IMG/VR virus record: IMGVR_UViG_3300037067_022020
Span: 89,061 to 153,060 of that record
Length of the DNA: 64,000 bases
Direction: 5' to 3' (one strand)
Source of the DNA: a virus
Taxonomy: Duplodnaviria > Caudoviricetes
Both the position numbers and the translations under genes were made by a program. Under the pieces are notes generated by a model that saw only the letters and a program-made list of their open reading frames with translations, was not told where the DNA came from and ran no database searches. How positions within the stretch are numbered: the first letter of the stretch is position 1; each line of letters begins with the position of its first letter. Positions 36,467 through 46,277 of the stretch are shown here, one piece after another.

Positions 36467-36498
36467 TTTGAATTATTAAGAAAAAGTTTTTATATTTA
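36467..36498 (+). promoter_or_regulatory. Class 1 promoter of tRNA operon
   Basis: TTTG-N20-TATATTTA. Confidence 0.7.
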
Positions 36499-36524
36499 TA
36501 ACGAATTTTAAAGAAAAACTTATC

Positions 36525-36620
36525 ATGAACTCGTTTAATAGACATTATCAATTACATATATGGTTTGATGCAAAAACAAGCATTAATCCAATATATAAAA
36601 AATGTGTCCGGGGGTCATGA
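36525..36620 (+). CDS. Putative attenuator leader peptide MNSFNRHYQLHIWFDAKTSINPIYKKCVRGS
   Basis: Manual translation; stop overlaps antiterminator arm. Confidence 0.6.
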   Translation: MNSFNRHYQLHIWFDAKTSINPIYKKCVRGS

Positions 36621-36710
36621 ATCATTTAAACACAGCAACACATTAATAACAACTCTACCAGATAACTGTTTCAGAATGACCCCCGGATATTAAAAATTCG
36701 GGGGTTTTTT
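36604..36710 (+). promoter_or_regulatory. Attenuator: antiterminator 36607-36618/36676-36687 mutually exclusive with terminator 36679-36710
   Basis: TCCGGGGGTCAT/ATGACCCCCGGA perfect 12-bp pair; ACCCCCGGAT-ATTAAAA-ATTCGGGGGT plus TTTTT. Confidence 0.75.
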
Positions 36711-36723
36711 GTTCTTAAAAAAT

Positions 36724-36865
36724 GTGCTTGTGGCTGAGCGGAGATGTAATAGTAAAATTACATCGATAGGTTGCAATTGAAATTGGTATACTATGTGGGC
36801 TTACAACCTTAACATGTAGAAAGTAAATTGCCTACAATACGATAGTTCGAATCTATCCAAGCACG
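36724..36865 (+). ncRNA. tRNA-like RNA with inserted D-loop hairpin and expanded anticodon arm
   Basis: GTGCTTG/CAAGCAC acceptor; GATAG-TTCGAAT-CTATC T arm; no 7-nt anticodon loop. Confidence 0.55.
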
Positions 36866-37035
36866 CTAAATTAAAAGTTCATTGACATACTGTTATTTTA
36901 AAATATAAATTTCACATCTAAAAAGGCGATGGCCAAACTAAGTCGATAAATGTCCAAAATTTATCCATGACCACCAGACGTAGAAAAGAGTCGCGATGCA
37001 ATATCTGGTAACTTGGTTTATTTGTGAAATTATAA

Positions 37036-37107
37036 GCGTTAGTCGTATAATGATTATTATGTCTGCCTTCCACGCAGAAGATGAGATTTTGATTATCTCT
37101 TAACGCT
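37036..37107 (+). tRNA. tRNA-Gly(TCC)
   Basis: TCTGC-CTTCCAC-GCAGA; atypical T loop. Confidence 0.7.
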
Positions 37108-37340
37108 CAGATATGGCGAGGGGTTTCTCAAATCAACTATAATCTTAAGTAATGAGTTGGTTGTCTTTAAACTTAAACGATGAGAAACGGAGACTAAAAA
37201 GTTCGAATCTTTTCCCGGCGCACAAAATACATAAGCTATCTATATATAACGATCTTGGAATATAGAACACTTATGTAAATTCTGGCTTAGGGGGTTCCGT
37301 AAATGGTGATACGAGATACCCCCCTTCGCTGAAATGAAAT

Positions 37341-37427
37341 GTTTGGTTAGTCAAGTGATCGACGACAGCAGGCTGTTAACCTGATGAACTTAATTGTTCC
37401 GCGGAGGTTTGAATCCTTCACCAAACG
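37341..37427 (+). tRNA. tRNA-Asn(GTT) with long variable arm
   Basis: CAGG-CTGTTAA-CCTG; GAAC-TTAATT-GTTC variable stem; G73. Confidence 0.75.
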
Positions 37428-37434
37428 CAATATT

Positions 37435-37518
37435 GCCATTGTCGCATAGCTGGTCAATTGCGGCAGACTGTAAATCTGCTCTCTTCGGAGTTCGGTGGTT
37501 CGAATCCACCCAACGGCA
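37435..37518 (+). tRNA. tRNA-Tyr(GTA)
   Basis: GCAGA-CTGTAAA-TCTGC; canonical cloverleaf. Confidence 0.9.
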
Positions 37519-37731
37519 CAAAAATAATTGAATGATAGATAATGAATCATAATCATAAAATTTCTCAATATTAGAGTCATGGAGGATAACTCGTCTATTA
37601 GGTGACGACCGTAATTCAATTATTTTTAAACAACTCACAACGGACAAGGCTTTGGCTAAAGTTTTATACAACTGATAAAGTGTATAAGACAGATGATGGG
37701 TAGCGTGTGGTTGACCCGAGTTGTTTTTATT

Positions 37732-37805
37732 GACATCGTATCTCAGTTGAATAGAGAGCTCGACTTTTAATCGAGAGGTCGAAGGTTTGAGTCCTTCCGG
37801 TGTCA
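37732..37805 (+). tRNA. tRNA-Lys(TTT)
   Basis: CTCGA-CTTTTAA-TCGAG. Confidence 0.9.
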
Positions 37806-38596
37806 CAATTAAAAATACCCTCTTGAGCCCGACTGGACGTGCGGGACGTAGAAATAAATCACTTTTTGTTTTAAAAAAATCAAACCTTATATACTTATAT
37901 TAAAAGCTAATATAAGGGGTTTGATTATGAAAATATGCGAAAATAAAAAGTGTAATAAAGAACATACCGGCACTTTTGGAAGTGGAAGATTTTGTAGTAG
38001 AAGATGTGCACATGTATTTAGTACATACAATGACGATAGTAAGCAAAAAAAGCTTAAATCATGTATATATTGTGGAAATAAAACATTAGTCAATAAAAGA
38101 ACATCAGCAAAATATGTTTTTTGCGCTAATTGTGAATCAAAATCATCTTCTAGTATTTTATCAAAAAAATGCAAATTTTGTGAAAATTCATTTCTTACTA
38201 AGACAAGAAATAGAAAATTTTGTTCTATGTCTTGTGCAAGTAAACATAAAAAAATAGGAAATAAAAATATAAAACAAATGTGCGAAGCTTTTAAGAAAAA
38301 ATTAAAAGAGAACCCAGGATGGTTTTCATCTCTTCAAAAAGAATTATATAGAACTGGTAAACAACATGTAGGCGGTGGAACAACAAAATGGTATCAATAT
38401 AAAAACATTAAAGTTCAAGGAACATATGAGTTAAGAACTTGTAAAATACTAGATTATTTTAAAGAACAAAAATTAATAAAAGATTGGGATTATACAAATG
38501 ATAGATTTGTTTATACCTATAATGAAGAACAGCATACTTATTTGATTGATTTTAAAGTATATGAAAATAATGAAGATTTCTATTAAATATACTTTT

Positions 38597-39904
38597 CTAT
38601 CTAAATTCATATAAATCTATATAAGATTTTTTATGAAAAGCACTAAAAACTTTAAATGAATGATTACATTCGTCTAAAGAAACTCGATATTTAACTTTCG
38701 ATTTTTTTATAAGCTGACATAACTCTTTCCAATCTTTAACTCCTTCATTGAAATATTCCTTCCATTGGTCTTTCAAGACAGTAATTGTTAAACTTGGATA
38801 AAATTTCTTATTTTTTAATATGATTACATCATATCCTCTTCTTGCAATTTCCATTGACGCATTAATTGGGTCAGGATAATCAAATTTTAAATTACCTATA
38901 TAACTAGTATAAGCTGGGTTAATTCTAAATAATCTTCCACCTACTATATTTATTCTTTTTTCTAGATTCTTAAATAAAATTTCTTTTTTCCAAAGATTAT
39001 TAATTAATCTATTAAATGGTCTACCTTTATGATGATTATTAGAACTTATTTTTTTACTAAAATCTTCTACGAATATAAACTTACACTTATGATAAATTGC
39101 TAATTTAGATATATTTTTTGAAATTTGCAATATTTCGAAATTTAACTTATTTTGTAAATATTTTGATTGTTTGGAATTTGATGCTTTATTTAGAATTTTA
39201 ATTTTGCTAATAATTTTAGTTAAACTAAATAATTTAGTATCAATTAGTTTATCATTTTCAAATACTGTAATTCCTATGAATTCGGGATTTGAATCAATTC
39301 CTATATATCTATTTTGTTTTAACCCGTCATCATAGTCATTTTCTTCTTCAAATGAAATATAGATAAATCTTGAATCTAATTTAACACAAAATGGTAGTTC
39401 TTTATTTTTTGATTTTTCTTCAATATAGGAAAGTTTCTTGAGATAATTTTTATTTATTTTTGGTAAATCTAATATAATTTTTGTTTTCCAATTTGGTTTA
39501 AAGATTATTTGATTATTATCAATTATATTTAATGTAAAAAATCTATTACCTTTTAATCGTGTCTCACCTTGAATTATAACTGGATATAATCGTTTTTCAA
39601 TAAAAGGCAATTTATCTTTTTTACCTTTTAATCGATCATAAAAATTCTTTTTACCTCCAAATATTACTTTACCTGATGGATCTCGTTTATAAACAGTTTT
39701 TGCTTCATTAAATGCATTTTGTACAAACCATGAATTATTAACTAATTCAATATTATTTAATGTATAGCAAAGTTTCTTAATTTCCTCTTGAGTTTTACCC
39801 TCACATAATCTATTATAACAATATCTAATTAGAATAGAATATTGTTTTTGGTATGTTAAGATATCAAAATTTTCAGAAGTATATGGGAGTTTAATTGTTA
39901 TCAT
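38597..39904 (-). CDS. tnpB: TnpB (zinc-finger-less type)
   Basis: IGIDSN, IFVEDF, INPAYTS..D. Confidence 0.85.
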   Translation of the reverse strand: MITIKLPYTSENFDILTYQKQYSILIRYCYNRLCEGKTQEEIKKLCYTLNNIELVNNSWFVQNAFNEAKTVYKRDPSGKVIFGGKKNFYDRLKGKKDKLPFIEKRLYPVIIQGETRLKGNRFFTLNIIDNNQIIFKPNWKTKIILDLPKINKNYLKKLSYIEEKSKNKELPFCVKLDSRFIYISFEEENDYDDGLKQNRYIGIDSNPEFIGITVFENDKLIDTKLFSLTKIISKIKILNKASNSKQSKYLQNKLNFEILQISKNISKLAIYHKCKFIFVEDFSKKISSNNHHKGRPFNRLINNLWKKEILFKNLEKRINIVGGRLFRINPAYTSYIGNLKFDYPDPINASMEIARRGYDVIILKNKKFYPSLTITVLKDQWKEYFNEGVKDWKELCQLIKKSKVKYRVSLDECNHSFKVFSAFHKKSYIDLYEFR

Positions 39905-40524
39905 TTTATTTCTTCATCAATTTCTTGTTTTTCAATAACTAATTGTTTTTCAATTAATTTAAGTTTTTCTTTTCTTCTTTGTGAATATATTTTCATTGTA
40001 AAACAATGAATTAAATCAATAATTTCTTGGAATATTTCCTTTTCTATGAGTTTTTCATTATCTATATCATTTAAAATAATTATTTCGGTTCCAAACGTAC
40101 TAAATAATTGTTTAAACATATTAAATGAGATTCTGCTTAACCTATCTCTATATGTTATAAAAATTCTATCAATTTTATAATTAATTACTTCGTTTAATAA
40201 TGCTTGAAAATTATCTCTGTCAAAATTTAATCCACTGGCTATGTCTAAGTATACATTATGAATTAATATTCCATTTTTATTACAAAATCCCTCAATGATT
40301 TCCTTTTGATTTTGTAGATCTTTTCTTTGATTTTTAGTTGAGACCCGACAATAAATTACATTTTTACGTTCTATATTAGAGTTTAATAAGTTAAAAACAT
40401 CGTCTTTATCATAATTAAACAGACTATTATATGTTTGATATGCTTTAATCTTACCAGATTTTTTATAATTATATAATGTTTGTCGTGATATTCTTAATAC
40501 TCTTAATACTTCTTTTGCTTTCAT
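39901..40524 (-). CDS. tnpA: IS607 serine recombinase/transposase
   Basis: N-terminal HTH (ISRQTLYNY), YCRVST..Q..DL..Q, DIASG, YRDRLSR. Confidence 0.9.
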   Translation of the reverse strand: MKAKEVLRVLRISRQTLYNYKKSGKIKAYQTYNSLFNYDKDDVFNLLNSNIERKNVIYCRVSTKNQRKDLQNQKEIIEGFCNKNGILIHNVYLDIASGLNFDRDNFQALLNEVINYKIDRIFITYRDRLSRISFNMFKQLFSTFGTEIIILNDIDNEKLIEKEIFQEIIDLIHCFTMKIYSQRRKEKLKLIEKQLVIEKQEIDEEIK

Positions 40525-40848
40525 ATTTACTCTTTTAAATAAGTATTAAAATAAAAAATTTTTCAAAATGTTTTATAAAATATTATTATTTTTAATTTGA
40601 TTAGATAAAATAGTTTGGATATTATAAAACTTATTTTATATATTTATATGAATTTTAATGAAAAATTATATTATATTGAAGTAAAAGGATATGAAAAGGA
40701 CGCCGATAAATATAAATGGGAATCTGTTAGAAATTTAGGATTCAAGCTTGAAGTGTGGTTTAATGAAACAATAACAAAATATGAAAAGTTATATGACATC
40801 ATTTAATTTGTTGTCGTTTAAGTTTTTAAGCTAAATATTATTAAAAAT

Positions 40849-40922
40849 ACCGATTGTCGTATAATGGTGAGTATGCCGCCCCGGCATGGTGGAGGTCGCG
40901 AGTTCGAACCTCTCAGTTGGTG
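40849..40922 (+). tRNA. Degenerate tRNA (Asp-like body, loop reads GGC)
   Basis: CCGCC-CCGGCAT-GGTGG; C33; mismatched T stem. Confidence 0.4.
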
Positions 40923-40928
40923 CTAAAT

Positions 40929-41010
40929 GTAGGTGTTGCCGAGAGGTCAAAGGCGCCGGTCTCCAAAACCGGTCGTAAGTTCGTTGGTTCGATTCCTTCT
41001 ATGTGTGCGC
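40929..41010 (+). tRNA. tRNA-Trp(CCA), degenerate acceptor and T stems
   Basis: CCGGT-CTCCAAA-ACCGG. Confidence 0.55.
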
Positions 41011-41013
41011 AAT

Positions 41014-41099
41014 GCCTCCTTCCGTTAGTGATCGATACGGCCTGCCTTGTAAGCAGGAAACCTTTTTGGTTCGCGTTGGTTTGAATCCAGCAGGGGGCT
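41014..41099 (+). tRNA. tRNA-Thr(TGT) with long variable arm
   Basis: CCTGC-CTTGTAA-GCAGG; AACC-TTTTT-GGTT variable stem. Confidence 0.75.
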
Positions 41100-41122
41100 T
41101 TTTTTATAACTTAATATGTAAC

Positions 41123-41195
41123 AGTGGTATAGCTCAACTGGTAGAGTTTTTGACTGATATTCAAAAGGTTCTTGGTCCGAGTCCAAGTATCACTA
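41123..41195 (+). tRNA. tRNA-Ile(GAT)
   Basis: TTTGA-CTGATAT-TCAAA. Confidence 0.8.
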
Positions 41196-41201
41196 CAAAA
41201 T

Positions 41202-41277
41202 AGAGCAGTTCCAGCAGATGGCTATACGGGCCGCGTTTGGGGCGCGGTATTCGCAGGTTCGAATCCTGTCTGCTCTA
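41202..41277 (+). tRNA. tRNA-Pro(TGG)
   Basis: CCGCG-TTTGGGG-CGCGG. Confidence 0.8.
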
Positions 41278-41281
41278 CAAT

Positions 41282-41355
41282 GGGTCATTGGTGAAATAGG
41301 CTATCATAGAAGCTTCGCAAACTTCAGTTATGGGTTCAATTCCCATATGTATCCA
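41282..41355 (+). tRNA. Degenerate tRNA (Arg-TCG or Ala-CGC)
   Basis: GAAG-CTTCGCAAA-CTTC; bulged acceptor; good T arm. Confidence 0.4.
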
Positions 41356-42142
41356 CATCAAAAATAATTGAAAATAAATTTGATTTTTTCAATAAATTTT
41401 ATTAATTTTATAGTATAAATTAAATAATTAAATTATGAAAACATCATCAACAAAAGTTATTACAATTACAAATAATGTCGATTATGAAAATGGTTTTGGT
41501 TGTGAATATACCATAGTAAATGGTAAATTTATGTTTGGTCATTTTTATAATGAGTTATACAATTATCTTTATTATGTTGATGAAAAAACACTTAATAAAT
41601 TAAAGAATAATCATTGGTCTGAACACCATAAACTATATAAAGAGCCGAAAATAACAAAACAATGGTTGGAAAATTTTAATGAATTTGATAAATTAATTTA
41701 TATCGGTGGTGGAAGGGATGGAATACTTGCATATTCGAATGGAACATTTATATCAACTCCCATTAAATTCGATGATATATTTTTCCATTGCTGGGAACAT
41801 ATCGAAACAACAAAAGAAGAATGTGAAAAAATTCTCAAATCAATGAACTCAAATTTTATAACATCGAGTAATATTATCGAAATTCCTTATTATAACCAAT
41901 CTGAAGATGCTGAAGATCATTACACATTAACCATAACTGTAAAATTACCTGATGATATTTATTTGAATATTCTTAATGGTAATAAATATATTGATGATAT
42001 TTTCAAACAGAAAGTTGTTAAATTTTTAAAACAGTAAATTTGCATCATTAGAAAACTATTCTATTTCTGTCTATGTATCCACATTAAAAAATAAATTTGA
42101 TTTTTTCAATAAATTTTATTAATTTTATAGTATAAATTAAAT
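41346..42142 (+). repeat. Direct repeats (tRNA 3' end plus class 1 promoter; 41346-41423 and 42072-42142) flanking ORF 41435..42037
   Basis: TATGTATCCACAT..AAATAAATTTGATTTTTTCAATAAATTTTATTAATTTTATAGTATAAATTAAAT present twice. Confidence 0.8.
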
Positions 42143-42145
42143 GAT

Positions 42146-43705
42146 ATGAAACTTTCAAAAAAGCAAATAGAAGTTATAAATTTAATGAAGGACACTTATA
42201 TTGTTTGGGTCTCTGGATTAAATCCTTTTTGTTTTTTACACAAATATGTGTCATATAAATTGTCAATAGCAACATTCTTTAAGTTAAAAGATTCAAAATT
42301 AATCTGCTCAAATGGACATTTAGATAATAAAGGTGATGAAGACCAATATATTTTAACAGATCTTGCAGTCGAATTACTTGATGAATTTAAACAAAGATCA
42401 TGAAAGCATATAAAATCTGGCATGACACGAGATATTTTATCCATAAGAATAACATCACAGATTATTCCGTTATGTGGACTACAAACATTGAAGATGCTAA
42501 AGATGTACCTACCTTTTCTGGGGCGGTGAAATTCTTTTCTGATAAACTTGGATTTAACATCTACTCCGGATATGATAGGCTTCATTTATTATAACATTTA
42601 ACATTATGAAAACTTTCGATGATTTTTACAACAAAAAATTAAAACAAGAGGCAAGATATGCAAAAAAACATAAAAAGAGTACTAAAGAATTCATAGAACA
42701 TAATTATAAGTCAATGACAGAATACAAAAAGTTCATGGAACATTTGTACGTTATGAAGGAATGCCATTCATTTTGGCATAGGGATTGTGAAAATAAAAAT
42801 ATTGAATGCCATCGATGCAGCAAATTTTATTCATATGCTGATTTTGATAAAATGAGTGCGAAACAACAAAGAAATATTTAATTTTATACTAATTTAAAAT
42901 TTAAAACCATGAAAAAATCAACAACTGAATTATTCGTTGCCTATCGAGATGGGTTTGATATTGATGAAGTTTTTACAACTTTGATTGAAGCAGAAGAAGC
43001 AGCTGAAAAATTTAATATTCAACATAAATTAATATCTAGAACAAACCCATATAAAGCAATGACATTAGATACAGCAATCTATTTGCTGAAAGTAAGTCTA
43101 TCTGAATAAAGGATAAATATATAAAAAATTATGAGCTCGTTAAACAAAATACCAAAATTCAAAATCGAAAATCGTTCAGATTTTATTGAACATAATCTAT
43201 CATTATTTTATCCCAAATTATCAAAAAAGGAAGCTCGAAATCTTTTAAAGGGGATTTGGAATTTGTATAATACTGCTTTGAAAGCCGGTTATAATAAAGG
43301 TAAATATTTCCCGGATTTTGAAGATTAATCTATTAAACAAATAAAGTTAATAATCATAACTAGATAAGAAATTATGAAATATTTTGAAAAAAGAAATTGG
43401 TTAACTATATTAAGCATTTAGAACATCCAAAATTACCCTATCCACAAGGTTATATTGATAATCATAAAACTGAAATTGATATGTTAAAATGGTTAATCGG
43501 TTGTTATGAAGGTAGAACAGCATCAAAACCAATAGAATATTTGGAAGCATTATTAGATAAATCCGAAAATTATCAAGATTATGTTAATGAAATGAATAAC
43601 CATAATATCACACCAATGAGTGATGTTGATAGATTAAAAATGAAACTCAAAGAAATATCAGTTTTATATAATTGGGTTTATTATAAGAAAATTATAGGAT
43701 TTTAA
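42146..43705 (+). other. Small hypothetical ORFs inserted in tRNA array
   Basis: ORF track. Confidence 0.5.
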
Positions 43706-43893
43706 TTATGAAACTAAAGTATTCACAGAATGTAAAATAAAATTAAAAATTAATCAATATAACTTGGAAAGAAGAAGATGTGTGGGTTCTCATGGAAGAT
43801 ACTATTACACACATTAAATATTTTCGTGAAAGTTCTTCATTTGGTATCTGGAATGGAGAAATTGTAATAAAATCCGAGTAAAAATTTTCATAC

Positions 43894-43964
43894 TGTCGGG
43901 TATGCCAATGTAGACGGCGAAGCTTATATCTTCGAGGTTGTGGGTTCAAGTCCCACCCCGACTA
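43894..43964 (+). tRNA. tRNA-Ile(TAT)
   Basis: CGAAG-CTTATAT-CTTCG; GTGGG-TTCAAGT-CCCAC. Confidence 0.7.
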
Positions 43965-43972
43965 CAAATTTT

Positions 43973-44047
43973 GGATTAATCGTATAGGTGGTAATTGTAC
44001 GTTGGACTAAAAATCCAAAGGCTGTCGTTTGACTTGACGTTAATCCA
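43973..44047 (+). tRNA. tRNA with AAA anticodon (Phe)
   Basis: TTGGA-CTAAAAA-TCCAA; GGATTAA/TTAATCC acceptor. Confidence 0.6.
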
Positions 44048-44813
44048 CAAACTTTAAAATATATTTATAAATTTAAAATCAAAAACTTATGAAAAAAATT
44101 TTAATTGCCATAATGTTATTTACATTAGTTTCTTGTTCTTTAAATAGAATAGATAAAAATGGATATATTATTGTAAATAGAGTTGAAAAGACCACAAATG
44201 AGAAAATGTATAAAGTGTTTATCAATACTTATTCTTCAAATGGACTTCTTGTCGACCCCAAAAATAGTGCATTCTTAATAACCACAAAAAAGTATTTCCC
44301 CGGTGATACGATTAATAAATGAATCATGAATTGAATATCTGCTAAACTTTTATATTATGACCAGAATCGAAAAAATAGAAAAAAGAATTAAAGAACTTGA
44401 CGACATTCTTGAAAAAAGACAAAAAGAATGGTGGAGTATGAAAGATAAAAATACAACATTTAGTACCTTTACAGGTAGTTGGGAGGAATATTGTAAATAT
44501 CGTGAACCAGAAATTTCAGAAGTCATCGTTCTCGAAAGAGAAAAAAGAATGTTAATGACCCCACAATTATCAGAACCAATGAAATCTGACTTGGATGGAA
44601 AGGTAATTGGGGATTTATTTACGATTAAAGAATTTATCGAAAATTGTGAGGATGGTGGTTTTATTGATTATGACGGATCCGGAAATTATGCTAAAGAAGT
44701 TAATGGAAAAATGATGGAAAGTAATATCAGTATTTTTCCATCTGATATAAAAAACAAAAGCATTAGAGTAGATTTTACCCATGTGCTTTGGTATAATAGA
44801 TGATTAAAAAAAT

Positions 44814-44887
44814 TGATCTATAGTGTAATTGGTCAACACGTCAGATTTTGAATCTGAAGACTCTTTGTTCGAATCAAAGTAGATCAA
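44814..44887 (+). tRNA. tRNA-Gln(TTG)
   Basis: TCAGA-TTTTGAA-TCTGA. Confidence 0.85.
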
Positions 44888-45091
44888 CAAAATTCATAGT
44901 ATAAAATATTTATTAGAAAATGAAAACACGATCAAAAATTCATAAAATTAAAAATTTGTATATAAATGGAAACTGTACAATAAAAATAAACATTGAATTG
45001 TATAGTATATGGAATAATTTTATATTTAAAATATTTAAATTTTGCTATGATAATAGAATTCCTGATTTCTACTATCCAGCAATTTAAACTT

Positions 45092-45166
45092 ACTCTCGTC
45101 GTCTAGTTGGTCCAGGACATCAGGTTTTCAACCTGAAGATCAGGAGTTCAAATCTCCTCGAGAGTA
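45092..45166 (+). tRNA. tRNA-Glu(TTC)
   Basis: TCAGG-TTTTCAA-CCTGA. Confidence 0.9.
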
Positions 45167-45261
45167 CAAAATGATAAGTCTTCTCTACACACAAGTGTTA
45201 GTGGTCGACTAAATGGAGACAAATGGAAACTAGTAGCCCATAGACTTATCATTTTGTTTTT

Positions 45262-45346
45262 GCTCATATGTCGTAATAGGAAGCCGAGATGGACTTAAAA
45301 TCCATTGGTCAATGTGATCGTGTCAGTTCGAATCTGGCTATGAGCA
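45262..45346 (+). tRNA. tRNA-Leu(TAA)
   Basis: ATGGA-CTTAAAA-TCCAT; long variable arm. Confidence 0.85.
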
Positions 45347-45355
45347 CTAATAAAT

Positions 45356-45444
45356 GGAAAGTAAAACTGGTGTAGGACTGGTCGCGGTCTTGAAAACCGA
45401 TGGTACAGCATAGACTGTATGGGAATCGTGCTCTCTACTTTCCG
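45356..45444 (+). tRNA. tRNA-Ser(TGA)
   Basis: CGGT-CTTGAAA-ACCG; long variable arm; atypical T loop. Confidence 0.7.
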
Positions 45445-45728
45445 CAAAAATAATTCCTGAAAGTAAATTGGAAAAGTATTTGAATGAAGGTTGGAAACAA
45501 GGAAAACAATTTAAAAATAAATTATGAAACTATCTAAAGAAGTTCGTAAAAATCTAGCAATTATACATGGTGCCAATACAAGAGAAGTATTATATCAAAT
45601 AGAAGAAATATTTGAGCAGAAAGATAAATATGAGGAATTACAAGAGTTGTCAACAGAAGAGTATACTATGTTAATTGAATTATTAGAAAAATATTTAGAT
45701 ATGATACTTAAAATTATTTAATGATTAA

Positions 45729-45802
45729 ACCTTCGTAGGAGAATTGGTATATCCACTGGATCCAGGCTCCAGGATGTAAGAGTTCGAATCTCTCCGAAGG
45801 TA
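45729..45802 (+). tRNA. Atypical tRNA (loop TCCAGGC, CAG/Leu?)
   Basis: ACCTTCG/CGAAGGT acceptor; C33; short variable loop. Confidence 0.4.
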
Positions 45803-46065
45803 CTAATATTTTTAACACTATATAAAATGAAGAAGAGTAAAATCATAATAACATTTACTGAAAATGAGGTCAAAGACATTGTAAAGGAATATGTCGAGAA
45901 AAACATCGGAAAAGTCGTTAAAATCAAATCTAAGATCAAACTGATTTGGGATGGTGATACAGATGGCAAGTTTCCTGACAAATTTGATGGAATGACAGTT
46001 GAGCTCGAAGAAAAAATAAATAGCATTTGAATATGGTGTCTGAAGCATTGATGATATGAATATAT

Positions 46066-46140
46066 GGTGTTTGTAGATAATTGGCAGTCGGCCGCACTGT
46101 GGATGCGTGCATGGTTCCAGTTCGAGTCTGGATAAACACC
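46066..46140 (+). tRNA. tRNA-His(GTG)
   Basis: CGCA-CTGTGGA-TGCG; G-1:C73. Confidence 0.8.
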
Positions 46141-46187
46141 CAAAAATTATCTTATAACAAAAGTTGAATAAATTTGTTACAAATTTT

Positions 46188-46277
46188 GGAAGCAAGGCGA
46201 ATATTGACTTTGTCGCGTATGTTTGCTAAACATATCCGGTTTGAACCCCGGTAAAGGTTTGATTCCTTTTGTTTCCG
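46188..46277 (+). tRNA. tRNA-Ser(GCT)
   Basis: TATGT-TTGCTAA-ACATA; long variable arm. Confidence 0.8.

Larger units (their letters stand above)
38583..40673 (-). mobile_element. IS607-family element (serine recombinase tnpA + tnpB)
   Basis: tnpA/tnpB overlap; TAA core at both ends; ends shared with 4817-6334. Confidence 0.9.
37927..40806 (+). pseudogene. Zn-finger/PD-(D/E)xK homing-type endonuclease split by IS607 element
   Basis: FCSRRC and FCSMSC motifs; removing the element joins YLIDFKVYENNEDFY|YIEVKG in frame. Confidence 0.75.

Noticed and set aside
36525-36693. 55-aa leader reading through the LRR fragment
   Set aside because: Recount shows the ATG-36525 frame stops at TGA 36618-36620; the LRR fragment is in another frame
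33058-40673. IStron (self-splicing) nature of the gene-interrupting tnpB elements
   Set aside because: Left ends are only ~100-150 nt of AT-rich sequence with no group I core; one element is antisense to its host gene
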